Made by a program: the position numbers and the translations under genes
In this document: one piece after another, positions 40,904 to 51,344 of the stretch
How the letters are laid out: every line of letters begins with the position of its first letter
How positions within the stretch are numbered: position 1 is the stretch's first letter
Source: Elainellaceae cyanobacterium
GTDB lineage: Bacteria > Cyanobacteriota > Cyanobacteriia > CAZCXK01
Length of the DNA stretch: 63,002 bases
Direction of reading: 5' to 3'
Assembly (NCBI GenBank): GCA_051117555.1
Contig: JBNPEG010000028.1
Location: 1-63,002, forward strand
Notes under the pieces: generated by a model
The model's database searches: none
The model's input: the letters and a program-made list of their open reading frames with translations, nothing else
What the model was told of the DNA's origin: nothing

Positions 40904-42400
40904 TCACTTCGACGAAGCTGAAGGCGCTTCTGTTGAAACGTGATCAGACTCAGGGAACGTCAGTGACTGGGTTGGCAAATCACCTAAGTTTGCCGAATTT
41001 GCCTCTGAAATATGATTCGGTATAGGCTCAGGAGTGCCGGTTGCCACCGTTGAAGATGTCGCGGATGAAGATGTCGCGGAACGGTGTTCAACTGCTGAAA
41101 CATCCTGAACTCGTTGAGTTAGCAGTGCTGCAAGAAGCATAAAGCCTCCCCCTGTAACAACTGCCAAGAGACGGTTTTCGTGAAGCAAGTTTGCCATTAC
41201 CCATCCAAAACCTAGCGATGCCACTACTTCTGGCAAAACAATGAAGAAATTAAAGATTCCCATGTAAATGCCGCTTTTTTTGGGAGGAAGAGAACCAACT
41301 AACATCGCGTAGGGCATCGACAATAAACTTGCCCAAGCAATTCCCAATCCGACCATGGCCACCAGCAACAAATAGCGGTTGTGGATAAACAGAAGCGATA
41401 TTAGCCCCACCCCACCACATATTAAACAAATCATATGGGCTGTCTTGCGACTCGTAAGCCTTACGACTTTAGGCAAGATAAACGAGAAAAGAACACAGAC
41501 AGCGTTATACATTGCCATGCAAAGCCCTGCCCATTCGATGCCTTCTGCATAGAGTAAAGAGTCTTCTCTAACAGCACCAAAAACATTATGAGCAACAGCA
41601 GGCGGAAAATACAGAAATACACAGTACATGCCTAACCAGCTAAAGCATTGCACCCACGCCAATTGACGCATCGTAGGAGGCATTTCCTTCATTGCCGTCG
41701 TAATCTCACGGATTGTGCTGGATAAACCAAGCCGTTCAGATTGCTGACGTTGGAACGCCTTCATATCTTTGGGTGGATGCTCCTTAGTGGTAACGACCGT
41801 CCACAAGACAGTACTAAAGAAAGCAGCTGCGCCAATGTAGAAAGATAACTCAACTGCAACTGGGATAGCGCGTTCATCAGCACTGACAATGCCAAATAGA
41901 TTTGTTAAAGTCCACGGCATTGCTGAGGCAACGACGGCACCTAAGCCGATAAACAAACTTTGCATGGCAAAGCCCCGAGTGCGTTGGTCCTCAGGCAGCA
42001 GATCACCCACAAATGCCCGAAATGGCTCCATGCTAATGTTTGCAGATGTATCCAGCATCCACAGTAGTCCTGCTGCCATCCACAAGCTAGATGAATTCGG
42101 CATTAGGATTAAGGCGACTGAGCTTAGGATTGCGCCGACTAAGAAGTAGGGACGTCTTCGTCCGAGAGGTCCCCAGGTATTGTCACTCAAATTGCCAATA
42201 ATGGGCTGCACAAATAAGCCAGTTAGGGGCGCAGCAAGCCACAGAATTGGGATTTCATGAGCATCTGCTCCCAGATATTCAAAGATTGCGCTGGTATTTG
42301 CCATCTGCAGTCCCCAGCCAAACTGAATACCAAAAAAACCAATGCTCATATTCCAGAGCTGCCAAAAGTCTAGACGGGATTTAGATTTTGTCATCTGCAT
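40904..42400 (-). CDS. MFS sugar transporter (sucrose/maltose SUC-MalY-like)
   Basis: GFFGIQFGWGLQ, QPIIG..SD.TW..LGRRRPY, MEPFRAFVGD, GIYMGIFNFFIVLP. Confidence 0.88.
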   Translation of the reverse strand: MQMTKSKSRLDFWQLWNMSIGFFGIQFGWGLQMANTSAIFEYLGADAHEIPILWLAAPLTGLFVQPIIGNLSDNTWGPLGRRRPYFLVGAILSSVALILMPNSSSLWMAAGLLWMLDTSANISMEPFRAFVGDLLPEDQRTRGFAMQSLFIGLGAVVASAMPWTLTNLFGIVSADERAIPVAVELSFYIGAAAFFSTVLWTVVTTKEHPPKDMKAFQRQQSERLGLSSTIREITTAMKEMPPTMRQLAWVQCFSWLGMYCVFLYFPPAVAHNVFGAVREDSLLYAEGIEWAGLCMAMYNAVCVLFSFILPKVVRLTSRKTAHMICLICGGVGLISLLFIHNRYLLLVAMVGLGIAWASLLSMPYAMLVGSLPPKKSGIYMGIFNFFIVLPEVVASLGFGWVMANLLHENRLLAVVTGGGFMLLAALLTQRVQDVSAVEHRSATSSSATSSTVATGTPEPIPNHISEANSANLGDLPTQSLTFPESDHVSTEAPSASSK

Positions 42401-42858
42401 CCTAAAGTTGCCTCTTAAGCTGCCATCAGATTGTGTATCAGAAAAGGCTGCCTTAGGAAACCGAATATTCAGCTATGCAGTTCAAAATTTTCAAGCCAAA
42501 TTTTCCGCAGAGCGGCAAGAATACGCCCTGAATAGAACTATGATTCAGTTCTTGAATTCCCAAGGTACACTCCTTAAACGGTGAGTCGCTAACAGACTCA
42601 TTGCCCACAAAGTTATGTAACAGTATATCTCTACATTTTAGGATAACGAGTCTGGAGCTGATAAATCGTTTGCCCCCAACGCTCTTAGCCGAAATCTGAT
42701 TTAGTTGCAATCTGACTCGTAGGAGAACCTCTGCAACTTATCGGGTGCAGAGTATAAATAAATTCTTTGTTATCCTAGCGTGTCGACCGAACATGCCTTC
42801 TTTATGAAAATTGTTCATCTTCAAACGAGTTACCTAAATTTAATAGTTGGAAAACTTA

Positions 42859-42949
42859 TATAGCGATCCTAAATCGCTTGTAAATTGTGTGTGAGCGATG
42901 GGGCGGCGACGCTCGCCCCATCGCTCACAACCCATCTGGGATTGCTATA
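42859..42949. mobile_element. ~90-bp MITE-like element, copy 1
   Basis: TIR TATAGCGATCCTAAAT / ATCTGGGATTGCTATA; internal hairpin GTGAGCGATGGGGCG..CGCCCCATCGCTCAC; inverted copy at 60835-60925. Confidence 0.7.
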
Positions 42950-43190
42950 TTTCGTGAGTTCTAAACCGAGGCTAATGATGAAGGGAGTATTTAATAGCAC
43001 ATTACGCTATCGCGTTAGGACGTCTAACGTGCGTAGAATTTACGTAGCGCGGAAAGTCTGCACTCAACTCTGAAACCATAGGGCTATATTTCAAAGACAG
43101 AAAGATTAAACGCAACATAACCTTGCTGGCATCTCCACCGGCCCTAAAGATGTGGCGAGTTGACGCCTCATAAACAGAACAAACTCAAAC

Positions 43191-43225
43191 GAAACAAACG
43201 GAGTAAAATCCACCCCGTTTGTTTC
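43191..43225 (-). terminator. Intrinsic terminator downstream of gpsA
   Basis: 11-bp stem GAAACAAACGG / CCGTTTGTTTC followed on the minus strand by T-rich sequence. Confidence 0.55.
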
Positions 43226-43273
43226 AACGCCTATTCACGCACAAGCGCATGTGGCTCAACGTCGGATAGCTTC

Positions 43274-44293
43274 CTAAAAGATGTCGCAGGCTTCCGGTTT
43301 AAGATCTCGTTCCATTAGCGATTCGACTGCTTGCTGAGGTGTAATTTTACCATTCAGGAGTCGATACACCTGCCGAGAGACGGGAACGGGGATACCCTCC
43401 CGATTTGCGATGTCGACCAAAACGTTGGCTGTGTTAACGCCTTCAGCTGTGCTTTGCAATTCATCTAGGATACATTCCAAGGATTTACCTTCAGCAAGCC
43501 CGTAGCCGACTCGATAGTTGCGGCTTAACACACTGCTGCAGGTTGCAAGGAGATCACCCAATCCCGATAGCCCGAAGAAAGTTTCGGGCTGAGCACCAAA
43601 GTGAGTGCCTACTCGAATCACTTCAGTAATGGCACGAGTAATCAGTGCAGACTTTGCATTAGTGCCCAACTTTAGACCATCGCAGACGCCAACTGCGATC
43701 GCCACGACATTCTTTAGGGTGCCACCCAATTCAGTACCAACCGGATCAGTATTGGTGTAAACACGGAATCGCTCAGAGGCAAATACGCTCTGTACCATTT
43801 CGGCGGCGGCGTGATCACGACTCGACACAACCGTAGCAGCGGGTAAGCCCTGATCAATTTCTTTCGATAAGTTCGGCCCAGACAAAACAACTACGGAATG
43901 ATTGGGAAATGTGTCTTGCCAAATCTGAGAGGGAGTGCGTGTTGTAGCCGGATCTAGCCCTTTGGTTGCCGTCACAAGAATGACATGAGCAGGCAGTTGA
44001 ATTTTGCGCAGACGCTCAGCCATTTCAGTCACACCTTTCATCGAGATGGCAGACAATACAACGTCTGCACCTGCGAGAGTTTCCTCTAGGCTAGTTTCAC
44101 TTCGACGCGACCATGTTTTGACGGTATGCCCCGCGTCGGATGCTAGTTTTGCTAGAGCGCTGCCCCAGGCGCCTGCGCCTAATACTGCGAGTGTTGCCAC
44201 TTGATTTCTCTTAAAAGCTTCGATAGTTTGGCTCGCCTCGGTTGTAAGAGATTGAGGTGATACCGTCCAAGCGTTGTTGAGTTCGCCTACCAT
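43274..44293 (-). CDS. gpsA: NAD(P)H-dependent glycerol-3-phosphate dehydrogenase
   Basis: GAGAWGSALA, ATKGL, LSGPN, GGTLKNV, GLGDLLATC, SRN. Confidence 0.95.
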   Translation of the reverse strand: MVGELNNAWTVSPQSLTTEASQTIEAFKRNQVATLAVLGAGAWGSALAKLASDAGHTVKTWSRRSETSLEETLAGADVVLSAISMKGVTEMAERLRKIQLPAHVILVTATKGLDPATTRTPSQIWQDTFPNHSVVVLSGPNLSKEIDQGLPAATVVSSRDHAAAEMVQSVFASERFRVYTNTDPVGTELGGTLKNVVAIAVGVCDGLKLGTNAKSALITRAITEVIRVGTHFGAQPETFFGLSGLGDLLATCSSVLSRNYRVGYGLAEGKSLECILDELQSTAEGVNTANVLVDIANREGIPVPVSRQVYRLLNGKITPQQAVESLMERDLKPEACDIF

Positions 44294-44658
44294 AATCCTC
44301 TCTAGAGTGTACAACAACGGATAGTTAATGAAATTTCGAAATGCTTATGCGGTTGGATTTAGATGGACACTAGTGGGTTTAGTGAGGTCACTCCTCTCGA
44401 TCACATGTCAAGTTAATGTTACACAAACTTTATCTAAATCGACAGCAAAATACTCAGATGGGGCGATCGCAACGTAGGTTAACGCTCCTAATTGAAAGGC
44501 TTACCGGAATTTGAATTTAATTTGAATTTAACCGCGGCGATCGCCCTCATCCACATCTCAGCTCAAATGCGATAAATATCAAACGGATAAAAGTCAAATA
44601 GCTAAATAATTATTCCGACCCAAGAGCTACACTTTTATCCGTCTCCACGCCACACTAT

Positions 44659-46170
44659 CTAGACGAGCGCAGGTTCCTGCTCCTTGCCGCGAACAGTTTC
44701 AGCCGCTCTGGCTTCGCGGAACAGATGATTTGCCCATTGCTGCACGTCGTACCGCTTAATCGCCTGATACATCCGGCTCATCCGCTGCTGCTTTTCTTCT
44801 GGAGACATAGAGAGTGCTAGGTCGATTGACTCATCCATCCGGGTTGACGAATACGGATTTGTCAAAATTGCATCGGGCAGCTCGACCGCAGACCCTGTGA
44901 ATTCCGAAAGAACCAGCATGCCATCCTTGCCCTCATGAGCGCAGACATATTCTTTCGCAACCAGATTCAAACCATCACGTAATGGCGTAATCCAAGCAAT
45001 ATCTGATGCCTTAAAGAAGGCGATCAACTCTTCAAAGGGGATAGGCTGCGTAAAGAGAATAATGGGAGTCCAGTTTAGCTTCGCAAAGCGACCATTAATC
45101 TTACCGACTAGCTGCTCAATTTGACTTTGAGCTGTTTTATACACGCGCATTCCAGATGCAGGCGTGACAGCCGTCGTTAGCATGTTGATTTTGCCATGTA
45201 GATCCGGACGACGCTCTAGCAATCGCTCATATGCCCAGAGCATTTCCCTTGCACCTTTGACGTAATCCACACGTCCAGCAGACACGATCAAGATATTGTC
45301 ACCCACGTCTTCCCGAATTCGAGCAACCCGCTGTTCTGTTTCTGGCTTTTGAATGATCGTGCGAATCAAATCTGGATTAGTGCCCACAGGAAACGCGTCG
45401 AGATTGACGATTCTTCCCTTATGACGAACCTGAGTTGTGAGCTCTGGCTCAGCAAGGGCCGTGCCGGTTGGAGTAAAGGCAGGATCGACTGGAACGCGAG
45501 TAACAATCTCTACTTCCCTATTGCTCCGCGCAGCCGCAACGAAGTTTTCAACATATCGAGGAATATGGAATCCACAAAGATCACAGCACAAAAGACTATC
45601 AATGATGTGCTCTCGCCAAGGCAAAATATTGAAAATATCAGATGACGGAAATGGAGTGTGATGGAAAAAGGCAATTTTTACATTGGGCATGCGCTGCCGA
45701 ATGTAGTAAGGCGTCAGCCACAAATTATAGTCGTGAATCCAGATGAGGGCGTCATCTGCGGCATCCTCACACGCCGCATCTGCGAAGAGCTTATTGATAT
45801 GTTGAAAATTTTCCCAATCGGAAGAATCGTAAGTAAACTGCCAAGGAAATGAGTGCAAAATGGGCCAAAAAGCTTCCTTAGACGTGATGTGGTAGAAGTT
45901 TTTAACCTGCTCAGCAGATAAAGGAATCCGACGAACGCCGGTGCTTCCTTTAGTTCCTTCCATCGTAATCCGCTCTTCAAAACCAGCCTGCTGCTTCGGA
46001 GAAATTTGCTTCCAAGCAACCCATGTCCCATGTTCAGCATTGGTGAAAAAGCTCTTTAAGGTCGGAACGATCCCATTAGGGCTTTTCTTTTCACGGTAAT
46101 AAACTTTGCCGTTCTCCTTTACCTCATCATAAGGTTCCCGATGGTACAAGATAACCAAAGAAGATTTCAT
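44659..46170 (-). CDS. ggpS: Glucosylglycerol-phosphate synthase (GT20)
   Basis: MKSSLVILYHREPY, SPNGIVPTL, WIHDYNLW, RVDYVKG, RDGLNLVAKE; adjacent to gpsA and gghA. Confidence 0.93.
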   Translation of the reverse strand: MKSSLVILYHREPYDEVKENGKVYYREKKSPNGIVPTLKSFFTNAEHGTWVAWKQISPKQQAGFEERITMEGTKGSTGVRRIPLSAEQVKNFYHITSKEAFWPILHSFPWQFTYDSSDWENFQHINKLFADAACEDAADDALIWIHDYNLWLTPYYIRQRMPNVKIAFFHHTPFPSSDIFNILPWREHIIDSLLCCDLCGFHIPRYVENFVAAARSNREVEIVTRVPVDPAFTPTGTALAEPELTTQVRHKGRIVNLDAFPVGTNPDLIRTIIQKPETEQRVARIREDVGDNILIVSAGRVDYVKGAREMLWAYERLLERRPDLHGKINMLTTAVTPASGMRVYKTAQSQIEQLVGKINGRFAKLNWTPIILFTQPIPFEELIAFFKASDIAWITPLRDGLNLVAKEYVCAHEGKDGMLVLSEFTGSAVELPDAILTNPYSSTRMDESIDLALSMSPEEKQQRMSRMYQAIKRYDVQQWANHLFREARAAETVRGKEQEPALV

Positions 46171-47140
46171 TAGGTTGCCTCCTGACGCGTTTCATCAATT
46201 CTTGAAAATTGTTCAGCATGACGTGAACATGCATCACAATCAATGTAAAGTTAAACCTGCAATGCAAAGCTCGCAACTGGAATCAACATTCTAGGCTCAT
46301 TAAGATAATCTGCCATTAACATATCGATTCATCACATTATCATTATTAATAAAGTTGCAAACCCAACATATCCAATCGCTAGAAACATTAGTACTCAGAT
46401 ATGAGGCTCAGAAATAACTTAAATAAACTTCACTTAAATAAACTTCACCCAAATCGACGGACTCGGAAAGACCCTATGCCTCACAGAGCCTTAGTCCCGA
46501 AGCTATCCAAGCCAGGCTCGTAACCCACAGATACGGTGCTAAATTATGCAAGTCTTAGCCTCTAAAATAACTAAGCTCAATCCAATGCGATCGCTTCTCA
46601 AACCCAGCAATTAAAACCACTAAAATCTGTACGCCAAATACATAAATTTAATCTCTCAAAAACTCGCTAAATCTGCGACTTATTGCAAATACTCTACAAA
46701 ATTAAGCGACTTTCAGGACTATTTCCATAAAGAAATCTGGTCAATATTAAAGATGTTTCTACCAAGGAATAGACTCGAAAAGCCCACAGGGCAAACATCC
46801 TACATGACTTCGATGACTCAAATTCATCATATCCTTGCATAACTATACCACAACTTAACATTTTCTAAAAGTTAGGTGTTGTAATAGAGATTACCTCAAG
46901 AATTTAGAATTTTGCTGCAGACTAAACCTGTCTAGCAAATTACTAATAGGGACTTCATGGCGGGGATTACCAACAAATTTCATCGAAATTAATTCGTGAC
47001 AATCGCCCTTTCAAACGAGCTTGCTATTGCATTGATTGCTATTTATTTAGATGAACAATAATTTGAAAAATTGCGTCAGACCCTGTGGATTTGAGAGGGT
47101 GCTGCGCTAAATTGGAAAGGCTGTTAACGCAGGCGGTGTC

Positions 47141-49711
47141 GTGAATACAGTGGAATCTTTATCTTCGAGTGTCTTGGCTGAGAAGGAAACTCAGGCGCTG
47201 TTGGGATGGGCAGCTACTATCACGGATTCGGACGAAACATATTTCTCAAAAGCTCAACAGCTTGCTCGTAAATTAGGAGCTCATTATCGTCCGGATGGCT
47301 TAACTGAAATTGGATTCTGGACACCTGAATTGGCAGGTGAAGTGATCCAATCTGAGCGAATGATTTACTTGGAAGTGTTTACTCCATTAGATCCTATTGA
47401 TTTTCGAGCCTCAGCGCAAACGCTGAATTTTCGGTGCGATCGCCTATCGTTACCCCAACAAGGTGAGTATATCTGGGGCGTAGTTTCCGGTATGAAAGCG
47501 GGTACTCGCAATCAGGCGGGATCGTTCTATTGGCTGAAATATCTTGATCCCCAAGGTCATCTTCATACCATTCGAGATGTTGTTCCATACTCGCTTCCCT
47601 ATGGCGTGTTTGCTCCAGCAGAACTCTATGATATCGATCGGCTACAGCACGAGCGGGCCGATCTAGACTATTTCCGTCGTACAGGGAGTCCGTCTGATTC
47701 TGAAGACGAAATCCCTAGATGTCCAACCCCAGTCAATTTGTTGCAAATTCATATCAGTACAGCCTCAAAACCGGGGACGCTCGAAGGTTTGACCCAGCTT
47801 TATCAAGAAATTTCTGACAAATTAGCATCGGGGCGATCGCTCACACCTGCCGAAGAAAACTATGTAGGCTACGACGGCATTCAACTTTTACCGATCGAGC
47901 CCACGATTGAATATCGTCATGAAACCGATAATTCAGAGCATGAATTTTTTGCAATTCATCCGCTTGTTCAATCTGATCAAGTATCTGAGGTCTCCGAAAC
48001 ACCTGAGATTTCTAATGCGCCTAAAGCAGATGCCTCAACCGATCCTGATCTAAATGCAAGCTATACGGTCGACATTACTCTCCGTAAACCCAATACCCTC
48101 AATTGGGGATACGACATTCCTATCTTGGGATCGTCTGCGACTAATCCAGCAATTTTGGGCAGCTTACGCCCCGATGAACTGATCGATTTTGTAGCAGTCC
48201 TGCATAATTTTTCGCAAGGTCCGATTCAAGTCATCTACGACCTTGTGTATGGTCATGCAGATAATCAATCTGAACAACTGCTCAGCCGCCAGTTTTTGAA
48301 GGGGCCTAATATGTATGGGCAAGATTTGAACCATCAGCTACCTGCGGTGCGTGCAAATTTGCTTGAGATGCAGCGCCGAAAACTCGATACGGGGGCAGAT
48401 GGCATCCGGGTTGATGGAGGACAAGATTTTCGATTCTTTAACCCAATTTCTGGGCGAGTCGAGCAAGACGATGCGTATTTGCTGGCGATGAGTGATGTCG
48501 TTCAAGAAATTGATGGCCACCGGCGATTGGTGTTCACCATTTTTGAGGATGGACGCCCGTGGCCCCAAGAAGGGTGGGAAGAAACCTCTACATATCGAGA
48601 CTTAATTGAGCTGAAGCCTGACTCGTTTCAATGGGGACCGCTTATTTTTGCCCATAACACTCCAGCCCTCGAAAAATTCTGGGATCAAAAATGGAGACGA
48701 GTCAGCGAGGTTATGATCCAGGGAAGTAACTGGATTACCGGCTGTGCGAATCATGATACGGTAAGGCGCGGTAACCAAATTGATCCAAATGGTCCAATCA
48801 ATTGGAATCTAGGTAAAACTCATCCAGAGGTATTAAATAACGCGTACGATAATCCGGCAGTAAAACTTTGGGTCTATGGATTTAGCCCTGGCCTGCCAAT
48901 GGACTTCATCAATGCGCTTATGCACGCTTCCTGGGGGTTCTTCAGAAATACCGATGAGCGATACGGCGTTAAAGTTGCGTCAGAGGAGATTGGCTTCCTT
49001 GACTGGCAAGTCGAACCTGAGCTGTATGAGAAGTCATGGGTATTCAGCCGCCTCAAGGCACTTGGGTTCTCAGATTATGATTTTTTGAGGGGATTTGTGG
49101 GCGCTCTGAGACTCGCCATGATGCAGACAGATTATGACTTAGAGGCCGTTGCAGTCGTTTGTCAAAATTGTTTGGGCGATAACTTGGAATATTGTGAACT
49201 CCCGTCCTTAATGGAATTAAATCATCCTGAAAAGAAAATTCCATTTCTCAATAATCTAGATGTGCCGTCTCTGAAAAAGTTTGCGATGGCATTTATGGAA
49301 GATATGCATGATTTGAGTAATGTATCTCATTATGTCGATCAGGTTAACCCTCTGCAGACTCGCTTTAGTTTCGATCTTCGGCAGTTTCGTTTGAACCATC
49401 CCTGGTTGAGAGAAAACTTAACTGGGAGCGATCGCTTTAATCGAGTCAGCAACGATCACCACACCTTGTTTTATGGGTTAAGAAGTCAACCCACTCACGA
49501 ATCGTCGCAACCGGCAGCACAACTGGCAATGGTGACTCATATGGGAGGTGATCCGGCCAAGGTGACGCTAGCCGACTGGCTCCAGCTTGATGTGAATGAG
49601 TGGCAGGTGGCGATCGCCACGCCGGGTTTAGAGATGCATGATAGTGCGTTTGACCTGCGTATGTTCGAGCTTAAGGATAGCCAAGGACTATTGCTTACGA
49701 AAAAGCAGTGA
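47141..49711 (+). CDS. gghA: Glucosylglycerol hydrolase (GH13-like, Slr1670 family)
   Basis: LGAHYRPDGLTEIGFWTP, DLVYGHAD, GIRVDGGQD, FEDGRPWP, NHDT; divergent from ggpS. Confidence 0.88.
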   Translation: MNTVESLSSSVLAEKETQALLGWAATITDSDETYFSKAQQLARKLGAHYRPDGLTEIGFWTPELAGEVIQSERMIYLEVFTPLDPIDFRASAQTLNFRCDRLSLPQQGEYIWGVVSGMKAGTRNQAGSFYWLKYLDPQGHLHTIRDVVPYSLPYGVFAPAELYDIDRLQHERADLDYFRRTGSPSDSEDEIPRCPTPVNLLQIHISTASKPGTLEGLTQLYQEISDKLASGRSLTPAEENYVGYDGIQLLPIEPTIEYRHETDNSEHEFFAIHPLVQSDQVSEVSETPEISNAPKADASTDPDLNASYTVDITLRKPNTLNWGYDIPILGSSATNPAILGSLRPDELIDFVAVLHNFSQGPIQVIYDLVYGHADNQSEQLLSRQFLKGPNMYGQDLNHQLPAVRANLLEMQRRKLDTGADGIRVDGGQDFRFFNPISGRVEQDDAYLLAMSDVVQEIDGHRRLVFTIFEDGRPWPQEGWEETSTYRDLIELKPDSFQWGPLIFAHNTPALEKFWDQKWRRVSEVMIQGSNWITGCANHDTVRRGNQIDPNGPINWNLGKTHPEVLNNAYDNPAVKLWVYGFSPGLPMDFINALMHASWGFFRNTDERYGVKVASEEIGFLDWQVEPELYEKSWVFSRLKALGFSDYDFLRGFVGALRLAMMQTDYDLEAVAVVCQNCLGDNLEYCELPSLMELNHPEKKIPFLNNLDVPSLKKFAMAFMEDMHDLSNVSHYVDQVNPLQTRFSFDLRQFRLNHPWLRENLTGSDRFNRVSNDHHTLFYGLRSQPTHESSQPAAQLAMVTHMGGDPAKVTLADWLQLDVNEWQVAIATPGLEMHDSAFDLRMFELKDSQGLLLTKKQ

Positions 49712-49736
49712 ACATGTGTAGTTAACTAAAAAATTA

Positions 49737-49762
49737 GCCGGGAGCCTATTGATGCTCCCGGC
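49737..49762. terminator. Probable bidirectional terminator
   Basis: GCCGGGAGC / GCTCCCGGC stem between converging genes. Confidence 0.6.
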
Positions 49763-49885
49763 AACATTGATCTAAAACATTGATCCAATAACTGATTGAA
49801 GTTTCCCGCATCGATCTGCGCGTTAAACTCAGTCACAATCAGTCTCACAACGCTATCAATACGCGATTCATTAGCGGTTCATTGC

Positions 49886-50044
49886 TTAGAAAAATTCTTG
49901 ATTATGCTCACGTTCGTCATAGGGATCACCGTCAAACGGCTGCGTCCCTGTGTTTGGATAAGCATCATCATTGGGTCTAAAAATACGTGAAATGCCTTCC
50001 CAGAGATATTGCAACGTGTCCTGAAAGCGATTTAGAACAGCCAT
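49886..50044 (-). CDS. 52-aa small protein (not in ORF track)
   Basis: MAVLNRFQDTLQYLWEGISRIFRPNDDAYPNTGTQPFDGDPYDEREHNQEFF*; AGGAG upstream; resembles a cyanobacterial family with a RIFxPxDDxYPxTGxQPFxGD motif. Confidence 0.75.
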   Translation of the reverse strand: MAVLNRFQDTLQYLWEGISRIFRPNDDAYPNTGTQPFDGDPYDEREHNQEFF

Positions 50045-50287
50045 ATCCACTCTCCTAATACCTAAAAATCTTTAACTAAAAATCTTTAAAAAGAGTGACA
50101 GAGTTTTTGAAGTTAAAGAAAGAATTTCGTCTCAATTTCATTCTAAGCTGGCTCTTACAGCGGGCTAACCCATTAATTACCAATCTTCACAGTCAAACGT
50201 CTTCATAGTCAACCATTGACTCCGTTTGACCTGTCAGTTTTGCCCGTTTGGCAGCCGTTCTCGTCAACATCGTGTTATCCTGTAGAT

Positions 50288-50381
50288 GACCTGGACCCAT
50301 GCAATTACAACGCCCAAACTTTGTCAGGACCGGAAGGTAGCAGCAATACGGGATGCTTGTAATAGGCGTGGACTCCGGGTC
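50288..50381 (+). ncRNA. ffs: Signal recognition particle RNA (4.5S, small type)
   Basis: Conserved domain IV GTCAGGACCGGAAGGTAGCAGC; complementary ends GACCTGGA/TCCGGGTC followed by a T-run. Confidence 0.93.
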
Positions 50382-50504
50382 TTTTAGTTTCCGGAGCTTT
50401 TAGTCTTGGCGATCGCAGTCGGTAACTAGTCAATTCTTATTATTTGTCTCTATCCTAGAAACACGCGGTATTTCCTTAATTGCATAACAGGAGCCAAAAT
50501 AACG

Positions 50505-50891
50505 ATGGCAGGTCTTGGCGATTTGGTTCAAAAGGCGTTTTATCTAGGGGTTGGCATAGCGTCATATGCGGGCGAAAAAGCGGGTCAAACCCTTGGAGAA
50601 GTTAGGCAACAAGCTCAAAAAATTGCAGATGAGATGGTTGCTCGTGGTGAATTGACGGCGGATGAAGCTCGGCGCATGGTTGATGAAATGGTAGGTCGCG
50701 CTCAGCAGACCTATACCTCCGAGGCGAAGTCGTCTGAGTCGTCGCCCCGTGAGCCTCGACGTATTGAGATTTTGTCCGATGATGATGAGGTATCTGAATC
50801 AAAGCCATCATCAGCAACCAACGATTTACGTCAGCAAGTCTCTGACCTCGAAGAGGAATTACGCAGGCTCAAGAATGAAGGACGAACATAG
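50505..50891 (+). CDS. Conserved cyanobacterial phasin-like coiled-coil protein
   Basis: LVQKAFYLGVG, MVARGELTADEAR, EPRRIEI. Confidence 0.75.
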   Translation: MAGLGDLVQKAFYLGVGIASYAGEKAGQTLGEVRQQAQKIADEMVARGELTADEARRMVDEMVGRAQQTYTSEAKSSESSPREPRRIEILSDDDEVSESKPSSATNDLRQQVSDLEEELRRLKNEGRT

Positions 50892-50903
50892 GGCATAAAG
50901 TGA

Positions 50904-51317
50904 ATGGAACGCTGGTCTCAAGATTGGTTTAAAGCATTTGACGAAATTTCTGAAACGATAGAACAGGCTTTCGTTGAAGCAACCGACGGCATCGTGGAAA
51001 TTGCTCAAGCGTTCGCAGACCTGTCGGATATCGTTGTCGAGCAAGCTCATGAAGCGATCGCCTCTGAATTAGAGGAGTTTGTTGACCAACTCGACGAATG
51101 GATTGATCCGTCTATTTATTTCTTCATTGGGATCGATATTTCAGAGGGTGATTTTGTTGAGTTTACAGGCTATCCGGTCGAACCTAGCCCTTCCCAAAAT
51201 CCTGCCTGTATTGGCTGCAAAAACTATCACGGGCACATATACAACGGCAATTTACTCGTATGTGCCATGCATCCCTTCGGTTGGGACTTAGGAGATTGCC
51301 CCGATTGGGAGTCATAA
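50904..51317 (+). CDS. Conserved hypothetical protein with C-terminal Cys/His cluster
   Basis: ACIGCKNYHG..YNGNLLVCAMHPFG...CPDW. Confidence 0.75.
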   Translation: MERWSQDWFKAFDEISETIEQAFVEATDGIVEIAQAFADLSDIVVEQAHEAIASELEEFVDQLDEWIDPSIYFFIGIDISEGDFVEFTGYPVEPSPSQNPACIGCKNYHGHIYNGNLLVCAMHPFGWDLGDCPDWES

Positions 51318-51344
51318 CGGCAGACCTACCAAGCACAGGTGGAT

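Noticed and set aside
43120..43170. IS200/IS605 end-like remnant
   Set aside because: Resemblance too weak and no transposase fragment visible
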